Part shown: positions 36,701-47,000 of the stretch, piece by piece
Position numbering within the stretch: the stretch's first letter is position 1
Layout: the number at the start of each line of letters is the position of its first letter
Assembly (NCBI GenBank): GCA_973895155.1
Contig: OZ316897.1
Span: 5,531,327-5,595,326, forward strand
Origin: Marsupella aquatica
Lineage: Eukaryota > Plantae > Marchantiophyta
Length of the DNA stretch: 64,000 nucleotides
Reading direction: 5' to 3'
Position numbers and translations under genes: made by a program
Notes under the pieces: generated by a model
What the model saw: the letters and a program-made list of their open reading frames with translations, nothing else
Database searches by the model: none
What the model was told of the DNA's origin: nothing

Positions 36701-36954
36701 TTGACAGGAAAAAGAGGGTTTGTCAACTATGTGATAGCTCTAGTATAGAGAATGAATATCATGTATTCATTGCTTGCAAGTTTTATGAGGGGGTTAGGAT
36801 GGCATCTCAAATCTTGGTGAAAGATTTGTATGCATTGTTTGGTCTGCCCCCTCAGCAACTTGGAAGATATATCTTTGCGGTGGATAGGGAAAGGAGAATA
36901 GGTTTGGAAAATCTTTCAGGGCTCTCTAGGTCCATAGTTTCTTTGAGGACATAG
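33751..36954 (+). CDS. LINE ORF2, ~1067 aa, APE endonuclease-RT-CCHC, intact; start codon uncertain
   Basis: All APE and RT motifs present; C-terminal RLSSHHLEVEQGRW..CQLC..ENEYH..C. Confidence 0.95.
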   Translation: MRVMAWNVSGLSIETAIGGEPLFENFDILLFTETWEYEGNALPSIKGFTCIQSIFNEKKTTRGRGFGGIAVYTKNQLQHITSIEHEDPSKQFMVVRLHTRGTPSFLIVTYFAPLNMNVYKMGIADAHYPFHRLIQVIHDISPLGETWIVGDFNARVSNEQFTESEDLGTLPWSSCSEEIPWVREALDTRTNDMTRHFLHLGASCNLRILNGLERFPQSSGYTFRSKQGCSTIDYLLASPTSATRVVDFQILDQQPESSHLPLLFHLDLTTIPNKVHRKPVPKPLFLDPDREVIFKANFEHLLHTLDDQIELSEVIAQAAASTFSTKPPRKQNMKAWFDEDCARARMQARSHSGEKRLLAFTMYKNFIKHKKRCFLKSHQQSLCEEFIKHPKRFWERMQSGKTTPPLDHQDLVTYVTSLYFFPDASGMPMPLGDTIQFTEREVKVHLSHMQHGKAKDLLGLNLELLLWGGPSLLTNLVHELNQAMVLGLPKAWMTRRVVPIFKAGNKDDVHNYRTIMVGNTFAKVLGGLLEARLSSWLESEMKRAPSQAGFRREFSTMDHILCLRVLCEKAKSPHKPLFCLFVDFSKAFDKVSRSKLWDRMVELEVPEELRLAVSKLYQEVRIKLSKETSEEIWSTLGVIQGCPLSPTLFGIFIDQLHNILEEHGGVGTQLGRFVLQLLIFADDVVLLAHAQEALQRHLNALEEFCQATGMVVNLKKTKCLGIGTRQNPELYFQGNLVEFVRTYKYLGVEFSQNLSWASCVKSRAANGYRAFYAFMNKCKRAGLHTWRLRKHLFGALVKPVILYGAPIWGAGVSKSGWQQIEGLQKLFLEMELGIKSQTPYTLTLAEAGLFPLEVEALFHTLKYIMRVRELEENRFPFHALRSSSAKGWYADVCRWAHAWDFPEHEWPTHPTKLRAKLEQKALHKLWHEPSPRQQYYMRDVNPMKKYREQEYLSSTISVQLRQLIAQYRLSSHHLEVEQGRWKDIDRKKRVCQLCDSSSIENEYHVFIACKFYEGVRMASQILVKDLYALFGLPPQQLGRYIFAVDRERRIGLENLSGLSRSIVSLRT

Positions 36955-37085
36955 TTGTCCTCTTCTGAGCAATCTCTTTTGGTTGCTCTTTTCTTTGATT
37001 GCATTGTACTTTACTTTTTGTGGCAGCTCCTTTGACTTTCATGGTCCCGGAGCTTATAATACATTAAAATAAAAAAATTAAAAAA

Positions 37086-40000
37086 ATTGCTGTCTACACC
37101 AAGAATCAACTTCAACACATCACCTCTATTGAGCATGAAGATCCCAGCAAGCAGTTCATGGTGGTGAGACTTCATACCAGAGGTACTCCATCATTTCTGA
37201 TTGTCACCTACTTTGCTCCCCTTAATATGAATGTCTATAAGATGGGAATTGCTGATGCACATTATCCATTTCATAGGTTAATCCAAGTCATTCATGATAT
37301 ATCACCACTAGGGGAGACATGGATAGTGGGGGACTTTAATGCCAGGGTATCTAATGAACAATTTACTGAAAGTGAGGACTTAGGAACTTTACCTTGGTCA
37401 TCATGTAGTGAAGAGCTACCTTGGGTGAGAGAGGCTCTTGACACCAGAACAAATGACATGACACGTCACTTTTTGCATTTGGGAGCTTCTTGTAATCTAA
37501 GAATATTGAATGGGCTTGAGAGATTTCCCCAATCATCTGGTTACACTTTTAGATCTAAACAAGGATGTAGTACCATTGATTACCTTCTTGCCTCACCTAC
37601 CTCTGCCACTAGAGTGGTTGACTTTCAAATACTTGATCAACAACCAGAGTCTTCACACTTGCCTTTGTTGTTCCATCTTGACCTGACCACAATCCCAAAC
37701 AAAGTGCATAGAAAGCCAGTACCCAAACCTCTGTTTCTAGACCCTGATAGAGAAGTCATCTTCAAAGCCAACTTTGAACATCTTCTCCATACCCTGGATG
37801 ATCAGATTGAGCTCTCAGAAGTCATAGCACAAGCAGCAGCCTCTACTTTCTCCACCAAACCCCCTAGAAAGCAAAACATGAAGGCTTGGTTTGACGAGGA
37901 TTGTGCTAGAGCAAGGATGCAAGCAAGATCACATTCAGGGGAAAAGAGACTTTTGGCATTCACTATGTACAAGAACTTCATCAAACACAAGAAGAGGTGC
38001 TTCTTGAAGAGTCATCAACAATCACTATGTGAGGAGTTCATCAAACATCCAAAACGTTTTTGGGAGAGAATGCAATCAGGCAAGACTACTCCCCCCTTGG
38101 ATCACCAGGACCTGGTAACCTATGTCACATCCTTGTATTTCTTTCCAGATGCTAGTGGCATGCCTTTGCCCCTTGGGGACACCATTCAGTTTACAGAGAG
38201 GGAGGTGAAGGTGCATCTTTCCCACATGCAACATGGGAAAGCTAAAGATCTGTTGGGCCTGAACTTGGAGCTTCTTTTGTGGGGAGGACCCTCTTTACTA
38301 ACAAACTTGGTGCATGAGCTGAATCAAGCAATGGCTTTAGGTTTACCTAAAGCTTGGATGACCAGAAGAGTGGTGCCTATCTTCAAGGCAGGCAACAAGG
38401 ACGATGTGCACAACTACAGAACCATCATGGTAGGCAATACTTTTGCTAAAGTTTTGGGAGGACTACTTGAAGCCAGATTAAGCTCTTGGTTGGAGAGTGA
38501 GATGAAAAGGGCACCTTCACAAGCAGGTTTTAGGAGAGAATTCAGCACTATGGATCACATTCTCTGCTTGAGGGTGTTGTGTGAAAAGGCCAAATCTCCA
38601 CATAAACCATTATTTTGCTTGTTTGTGGACTTCTCCAAGGCCTTTGACAAAGTTTCCCGATCCAAGCTTTGGGATAGGATGGTGGAGTTGGAAGTGCCTG
38701 AAGAGCTCAGGTTGGCTGTTTCTAAATTGTACCAAGAAGTGCGCATCAAACTTTCAAAGGAAACCTCTGAAGAAATCTGGAGCACTCTTGGGGTGATCCA
38801 AGGTTGTCCTCTCTCACCAACTCTCTTTGGCATCTTCATTGATCAGCTACACAACATTTTGGAGGAGCATGGTGGAGTTGGCACTCAATTGGGTAGGTTT
38901 GTCCTCCAACTTCTTATATTTGCAGATGATGTGGTCCTACTTGCTCATGCTCAAGAAGCTTTGCAAAGACATCTCAATGCCTTGGAGGAGTTTTGTCAAG
39001 CAACAGGGATGGTAGTCAACCTCAAGAAGACCAAGTGTTTGGGCATTGGCACACGACAAAATCCAGAGCTCTACTTCCAAGGGAATCTGGTGGAATTTGT
39101 GAGGACCTACAAATACCTTGGGGTGGAGTTCTCTCAAAACTTGAGTTGGGCCTCATGTGTAAAATCTAGGGCTGCCAATGGGTACAGAGCTTTTTATGCA
39201 TTCATGAACAAATGCAAAAGAGCTGGTCTACACACTTGGAGGTTAAGGAAACATCTCTTTGGAGCTTTGGTGAAACCAGTCATTCTTTATGGAGCACCAA
39301 TTTGGGGAGCAGGTGTGTCTAAATCTGGGTGGCAACAGATTGAGGGGCTGCAAAAGCTATTTCTTGAGATGGAGCTTGGGATCAAGTCACAAACCCCATA
39401 TACACTTACACTTGCAGAGGCAGGCTTGTTTCCTTTGGAGGTGGAGGCACTCTTCCACACACTCAAATACATCATGCGTGTAAGAGAGTTGGAGGAAAAC
39501 AGATTTCCTTTTCATGCCTTGCGCTCATCTTCAGCTAAAGGGTGGTATGCAGATGTGTGCAGGTGGGCCCATGCTTGCACACCCAACCAAGCTAAGAGCA
39601 AAACTTGAGCAAAAGGCTTTGCACAAACTTTGGCATGAACCTAGCCCACGACAACAATACTACATGAGAGATGTGAACCCCATGAAGAAATATCGAGAAC
39701 AAGAATACTTATCTAGCACTATCTCAGTACAACTTAGACAACTTATTGCTCAGTATAGACTAAGCTCACACCACCTTGAAGTAGAACAAGGGAGATGGAA
39801 GGATATTGACAGGAAAAAGAGGGTTTGTCAACTATGTGATAGCTCTAGTATAGAGAATAAATATCATGTATTCATTGCTTGCAAGTTTTATGAGGGGGTT
39901 AGGATGGCATCTCAAATCTTGGTGAAAGATTTGTATGCATTGTTTGGTCTGCCCCCTCAGCAACTTGGAAGATATATCTTTGCGGTGGATAGGGAAAGGA

Positions 40001-40189
40001 GAATAGGTTTGGAAAATATTTCAGGGCTCTCTAGGTCCATAGTTTCTTTGAGGACATAGTTGTCCTCTTCTGAGCAATCTCTTTTGGTTGCTCTTTTCTT
40101 TGATTGCATTGTACTTTACTTTTTGTGGCAGCTCCTTTGACTTTCATGGTCCCGGAGCTTATAATACATTACCATTACCATTACCATTA
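37086..40189 (+). mobile_element. LINE piece D, starting inside the APE domain, with a 26-bp frameshifting deletion near 39577
   Basis: Begins ATTGCTGTCTAC (equivalent to 33955 of C); (TTACCA)n tail joined to G2 RNase H. Confidence 0.93.
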
Positions 40190-40959
40190 TCAGGTAATCT
40201 TTCTCTTGGCGAAGTGATGACTTAGCTCCCCACAACTCTCTCTTAATCTATGGGTACCACCTCTGTCGCTCTGTAAAAATCTTCGCCCCAAAATGTGTAG
40301 CAAACCGTCGGCCTTCTTCATCATCCTGTCCAACAGCCCATCCAGCAGCTGTGGGACTCGAATCAACTGTGACAATGATTGGCCTCCCGCAAGTATAGTC
40401 CAACGGTCGTAGTACAGGCGGGCTCGGTGGAAAGCAAGATTGAGGGGTACCAAAAAAGGATCTCCAATGCTCCACCAAAAAGGACCTGAGACTCCTTTGA
40501 ATGCAATAAATAGGGGGGTGTTACACTCAAGGGTTGTGATCTTATTTTGGCACATCAAAGGCTATCATTTAACCTAGATCTTTGGAAGTGTGCCCCATCT
40601 TTGAGGAAGTGTACCAAACTTTGAGGAAATGTGTCCAACTTTGAGGAAGTGTGTCCAACCTTGGAGGAAGTGTGTCAATCTTTAATTTACTCCTTGCTAA
40701 TCTCCTTTTTTAATGAGGACTATGAGAGCTAATCCATAGTCCTTTTTGCACTTTTTGGTACCCCTCAATCTTGCTTTCCACCGCTCAGCAAAGCTTTCTT
40801 CAATCTTGTCATCGCCTCCGTGTGTCTCTTTGTCCAGACAAACCTGCGCCCTTTTCTCAACAACTCATACAAAGGCTCAGCGGTATGGGCAAAATGAGGA
40901 ATCCAAATACGATAAATACAAGCTCTTAAAAATCTCCTAACCTCTGTAGGCGAAGTACA
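40190..40959 (-). pseudogene. pol: G2 RT connection and RNase H N-terminus, split by a MITE
   Basis: TEVRRFL..WIPHFA..ALLS|PPVLRPLDY..VTVDSSPTAAGW..FGAK. Confidence 0.85.
40425..40783. mobile_element. MITE, 359 bp, 32-bp perfect TIRs
   Basis: CGGTGGAAAGCAAGATTGAGGGGTACCAAAAA and its reverse complement; TSD CT (or GCTC if the ends are GGTGG/CCACC); internal ~20-bp repeats ~40580-40680. Confidence 0.9.
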
Positions 40960-41272
40960 ATGGTAATGGTAATGGTAATGGTAATGTATTATAAGCTTCG
41001 GGACCATGAAAGTCAAAGGAGCTGCCACAAAAAGTAAAGTACAATGCAATCAAAGAAAAGAGCAACCAAAAGAGATTGCTCAGAAGAGGACAACTATGTC
41101 CTCAAAGAAACTATGGACCTAGAGAGCCCTATGGACCTAGAGAGCCCTGAAAGATTTTCCAAACCTATTCTCCTTTCCCTATCCACCGCAAAGATATATC
41201 TTCCAAGTTGTTGAGGGGGCAGACCAAACAATGCATACAAATCTTTCACCAAGATTTGAGATGCCATCCTAA
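40960..41272 (-). mobile_element. Short 5'-truncated LINE G in G2 pol
   Basis: Reverse tail, UTR and ORF2 end; 8-bp 5' microhomology CATCCTAA; removal restores AISKLG|CTSPTEVR. Confidence 0.92.
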
Positions 41273-44012
41273 TTTACTAATAGCATTAACTTTTTCTACA
41301 CTAGGACTTCGCCCACAAGAACCACAATGTTGTCCCACTACCATTACTTCTTTTAACCCAAATGCAGATTTCTCTCCTGAAAGCATTACTCTAGCCTCTA
41401 TCATGCGCTGCAAAATTGCCTCAACATCCTGCATATGATCCCCAAAAAAATTCCTTATCCCATCCTCTCGTACCGTCTCATCTCTCTTTAGTTCCAAACA
41501 TCCTTTAATAGGTATGTCATCAAGGAAGGGTCGGGTCTTGTCAGGAATAAAACGCTGCAGGATCAAATTCATGGCGTTTTGCATATGTGCTACCGAGTTT
41601 GTAGCATCTTGAGGCAAGGTACACATTTTAACTAATCCCAACGGTGTTTGCATCGTTGTTATGTCTCGGCTACACTTAGACAACTGGAATTGATCGTACC
41701 CCGAATAAAGGTCTCCTATCGAGTAAATCGCCCTACCAGCAAACTCTTCTGCAAATTCATCTACAACCGGCCCAGTACCAACATTCCTAATTGTAACCCT
41801 ATTAGGTGGTTGCATATCTTGGATGAACGCAATTTCCCATTTTTCTTCTTAACATGCAGTAAACCACTGATTTGAGTATGGGGCTTCAGATCACTCAAGA
41901 ATCTTCGCCTTCAACTTCTCCTTAAGTAATTCCATAAGCTTTGGCATTAGTGCCCGTGGAACCGGAAGTGGTCTCAAATCCCATGGAATATGTGGTACTG
42001 TAAAAATAATCATTGGGGTTACCTCTCTCGGGTTAACACATCCAATCTCATCTAAATTAAAGGAAAAAGCTTTCCCATGTCTACTTATCATCTCTTCAAA
42101 CCTCTCTTTCTCTACATCCCAAAGTAATCCATCATCTCCTACTCTAATCTGATCAAGAGTCTCTTCAGTGAACACATGCCCAATCCCTTTTGGGTCTCTC
42201 AAGCTAGGTTCTTCTCTAGCTTTTTCAATCAACCCTCGAGCATCTAAGGGCAAAGGTACAGCTGCAGGTCTCACCTTCTTGTCAACTGTCTTATACTTTG
42301 TGTTCACATTAATTTGACTCCCTATAAAATTGCTAATCCCTCTATACAATTCCTTTCCAATTTCGATCTCACTCATTCCTCTTTCCATCAGTTCTAAGGT
42401 TCGCTCTACTGTTTCCCCTATCCCAAACTCATCTATATAGCCCTCTAAACACTCATCTGGTTCTATTCCTAATCTCTTATGTAATCTAGCTTCCTCTCTA
42501 CATAACCCACGTACAATCCTTGTACAACACTCTCTTTTTCTAACATGGACTATAACTCTTCCAAACCCAAACCCAACAAAGGATGAAACAAAAATTTCTC
42601 TAACTCCCCTAATGTGGACGATTTTCCCGCCATGGCGCCTTGTTCAGTCGTCTCCCTATTCAAGGCGCCTAGTCAAAATCCTCAAACTTCCCTTCATTTT
42701 TCTTCCCTTCTCGTAGCTCTATACGATTTCTAGGATGGGCTGCTTGTACTATCGGGAATTGAATCATTTTAGACCCATCCCTACTCCTGATCAAAGCCAC
42801 ATGCGTCCCATCATCTAGTACCTGTGTTGCCATCCTCATCTCAGTGATAAATGGCTGCCCTAAAATCATTTGCATGGGAAGACTCTCATGAACAAAAACA
42901 TTCATCAGTTCCACAATGTCCCCAATTCGGAGCTTAACTCCAGGACAAGCTCCCCAAAAACTATTCTTGTCTGCACTAACAGATCTAACTCCCCACCCAC
43001 TATATCGATCTACTGCCCATTGTCCCTCCTCATAAATACGCATGGAAATAATATTTACTTCTGAACCTGAATCTAATAAAGCTCTCACAGGACTCTTAAT
43101 TCTATCTAACTCCACCTCACATTCACTACACCCTCGTGCCCAATGCATTTTCCTAACATCCATGGCTATCGAGCACCAAGCTAAAGCTCTCTCTCTCTCA
43201 TCTGCTCTCATAGCCTCCACCCCCACCTGCTCTTGACTCGTGGATTCTCCTCTCTCATAGCCCTCTCGTCCCCCACTCACTTTACCCACAAAAGGCATCA
43301 CTCTTTCTTCCCCTTCGTCCTCCGAGTCATAACTCCCTTCTTCTGCCAAGGTACATGCCACCCCTTGTGGCCCTTCCTTTAGGATGCGTTTTCTCTTGAC
43401 CTGCGTCAAGATAACATCTTGCACATCTCTCCTCATACACCCTATTACCTCCTTGTTTGTTAGACCTCTCACTTCTTGGTTCCAAAATTTGGCACCAACC
43501 GCATTAAAGTCAACCTCCCACTCAATTTCCCTCCCTAATGGGTACCCTGGTTTCTTTCCTCCTACCTTCCCTCTCCCTTTTTGCTCTACCTTAGAACTCG
43601 TCCCTGGTTCTTCCCTCTTAATCTCCCCTGACTCTCGTTCTCTCTTTTCCCCCTCTTTACTACTAAATGATTCCCTCGAATCCCTTTGTTTCACCTCTAC
43701 TATTACCTCGGAACTGTCCTTCCCTTGCTGAATAGAGTTCACAAAAACTGGTGCTTTCCAACCAGTTTCCCTCCGCAAATACTCAGCATATCTCTTCTCA
43801 CTCACCTCATCAAAGTTAGACCTGGTACCACCACTCGCCTCTACTCTATCCCGTTCTGCTACATAAACCCTAGGCTCATACATCATTGCCCCAACCTTTG
43901 CCTTTCCCCTATGCTTTTCAACAAGCACCTTCATCCCTCCTTTACCAAAGTTTAATGGAACCCCTTCCCCATCGTCAAAGTATGCTAGCCTTTTCTTCCC
44001 TGGTTCCCCTAC
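41273..44012 (-). pseudogene. pol: G2 gag end, protease and reverse transcriptase (stops and frameshifts)
   Basis: ALLDSGSEVNII, ILGQPF, YKTVDKKVRP, DLYSGYDQ, LPQDATNSVAHMQ, PFLDDIPIKG. Confidence 0.88.
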
Positions 44013-47000
44013 TGTGGTGTGTCCCATGGCTCCCTAAACCCAAGAAACCCCCCAGCTCAAGCCGATTCCCGCAGGTTTCGTGCTTGGCGAGGCCGTTTCC
44101 GCGGCTTAGCGGCATGGGACGCTGCTAACCTTCTACTACTACTATTAACATTTTACACACATATACTGGACAGATCCTTCATCGGGTCATGAGATACGTA
44201 GCCGGCCTAATATAGGCCTTCCCCTGTCTTCCCCTGTCTTCTTGTTAGGTATGTTTGGATTCCGCCGCCGGAATGATCCCCAATAGGCTTGGTTAAGCCG
44301 CTAAGACCTCTCTCAGCTCGACACATCCAACTCTCACTCCCCTGCTTACTTTCCTTCCTTCTGTTGATGTGGGCACTCTTCACACAAGTTAATGCGACAC
44401 ACAAATAGCAAAATGACTCATTCTGACTGAGTCATACCATGCACTTGCCATACAAACAGTACATCTCATACACAAGTTCTGCGAACTAAGCCGTGAGGCC
44501 AACTCTATTCAGCTCTTAGGCATGAGGAAACATGAATATACACAAGGGTCACTGTATGACTAACCGAGAGCTTCTCGTACTACTTGATCCCAGCCCGGCT
44601 GGTGCAAACTAAAAACTTGCTAAAGAAGAGGCCCTGAGCTCCCCGCTGCCCAGGTACTTATCCTGGTAGTGGATCCGCCATTCTTTGCATCGTAAGCCTA
44701 ATCTACTTAACAGTAATCTACTTGCCCGAATCTACCTATGTACAGCAAGGCAGGAGCACAAGTGTTGCTCCTACCAGTGGGACCGCAATCCCACTAAGCT
44801 AAGTGTCAGGGCCGCTCCTGGTTCTGATCCTAATCCTAAACGTGGAGATCCGCGCCCGCCCTGCCCACTCACGCCTCCTCCCTCCACGTCCGCCCTCCCT
44901 AAAAGGAACGGCGCCCTTGCACCGTCACGACACCGGTGGTGGATCCTTAATGGACGCCCCCAACGCTTCCTCCTCAGCCACTGCCGTAGGTTCATTCTCT
45001 GACAGATTACCTGCCCTTGACTGAGTCAACTCTCCATCGGCCTGACTGGGTCCACCTTCGGCTTCAGCCTCGACACCGGCCTCGGCAATACCCACGGCTT
45101 CGGCCTCAGTCACTCCCTCGGCTTCGGCTTCAGCCACTCCCTCGGCTTCGGCCTCCCCTTCCCCTAGGGTAGTTGGATCCTTAGCCGTGACCCTGTCTGG
45201 GGTCGGTGCTGGGTCTACCTCCTTGATCACCACGGCCTGTGAAGTCGTATTACTCCTTGACCCTGAAGGTTTTCGCTTCTTCTTCGTTGGTGGCTCGGCA
45301 ACTGGTCCCTTCCCCTTCCCACTTACTTCCGGCACTGGTGCAGTTGGCGCGGCTTGTCCTTCGGCAATTACCACCCCTGGTAACTGGTTTGTCCCAACGG
45401 GAGATGGACCTGCTGCAGCTAAGCATTTAAATACTGCGGCTTGTTTCTTCAGCCGCTCTGTTTGGTTGTCGGCCCGCCGCTGTAGGTTCTCCATCTTCCT
45501 CGTGATTTCCTCCAACTCCTCTTGGGTTTCATCCAGGTCCTTACGTGCCCCCTCCAGCTCGTTTTTGGCCTCCTCCTGCTCCCTGTGGGCTTCCTCCAAT
45601 TCCTTCTTCAAGGTAGCCCTCTCCTCCCGGGTTGCTCTTAGCTCCTTGTCGAGCTCTGCAATGATGACAGACTCCATCTGGTTCATCTTGGCGTAAGTCT
45701 GTTCGAGCATCTCGTCCTTCTCCCTTAGGTCGGCCTTGAAGCTGGCCGTCAGGGACGCAAGCTCCTGCTGCAGCGCCATAATCCCTTGATAGGATTTCCC
45801 TAACTCGACCTCCTTCTGCTCAAGGGCTCCGCGGATTTTCTCGAGCTCCCCTTTCAACGCCCATTCCTTTCTTTGGGTCTCCGCCATGGCCCGGCTGTTG
45901 GCTGTTATGTGGGCCTCCTCTGTATTCTTCAGCTCTTGCTTCCACTTCTCCCTCTCTTTGATCGTGTCGGCCAACTCTCCCTGCGTCTGAGTTAGTTTAT
46001 CCTTGATATTCTGATTATCAGCCTGCGCGGTGTCCAACTGCCCCTGCATGATGTTCAGCTCATGACGTTTAATTCGCAGTTCATCTTGGGCTTTCTTGGC
46101 CGCCCTTAGATCTTCAATCTCGGCTTCCATCCTCCTAAGCCGCCGAATGACCTCATCCTTCTTGCTTCTCTCTAAAGCCACCGCTTCTTCTAATTGGTGC
46201 TTCTCCAACTGCTCCCTATGGAAAAAGGGTCCTATCTCCAACTCCTCTCCAAAGATGCCGAGCGCAAGTTCCCCACACATCTCACCATACTCCATGGCTC
46301 TATTCTTAGCGTAGGTGGAGTAAGTAGAAGTGATCGGCATCGCCCATCGTGGCCTCTGCTCCCAAGCCGTCCTGCGGATCTCTTCAATCGTGGCTAGAGG
46401 TTTGCTTCCTTTTTCGGCTAGCCGCCTGATGTCCTCCGGCCAATCTCCTCCTGGTAAATCCTTTTCCTTAGCCAGGGCGGCCTCTTCCTCCTGCTTGATT
46501 CGCTCCTGAAATTCCTGCACCGTCTGTTTTATGCCGTCGAAGCTCGGGGGAGCAACATCTGGTGGGGGAGACTCAGGGCTACTCTGCTGGTTGGGGTCCC
46601 CTCGCACTACCCTTGGAAGTGTGGGGACAAACCGGCCACAGGTCCTTACTCCTGGAACGTGATGGTCCGACCCATAGCCGGAATTATCATGGCTGCAGTC
46701 CTCCACTGCCTCCTCTACCTCTTGGACGTCCGGCTTCTCCCTCTCCTCTTCGTCGGTAGGAGCTTCAGGCAATTCTGCCTCAGACTCGGAGCTTGAGGTT
46801 CCCACGTACATTCGAACACCTGGCTTGGATTCCGGCCTGATTCTCTCCTTGTCTCCAGCAAAGGGGTTTTCTCTTGTGAGCCGGTGTAGGCCTACCTCTG
46901 TAGTAGTGTCCTGCATTGTTGCCGTTGCCGTTGTTGTTGCCGATGCCGATTTCTTTTCTTTCTCCAGTAGTTTCAGCAGACTCTGCATGCCTGGTTGCTG

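Larger units (their letters stand above)
32107..37086 (+). mobile_element. Full-length intact LINE copy C (spliced 5'UTR, A-rich tail)
   Basis: 5' end ACTCCTTTGTCCAAAC matches copy E; both ORFs open; ends TACATT-AAAATAAAAAAATTAAAAAAA. Confidence 0.95.
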
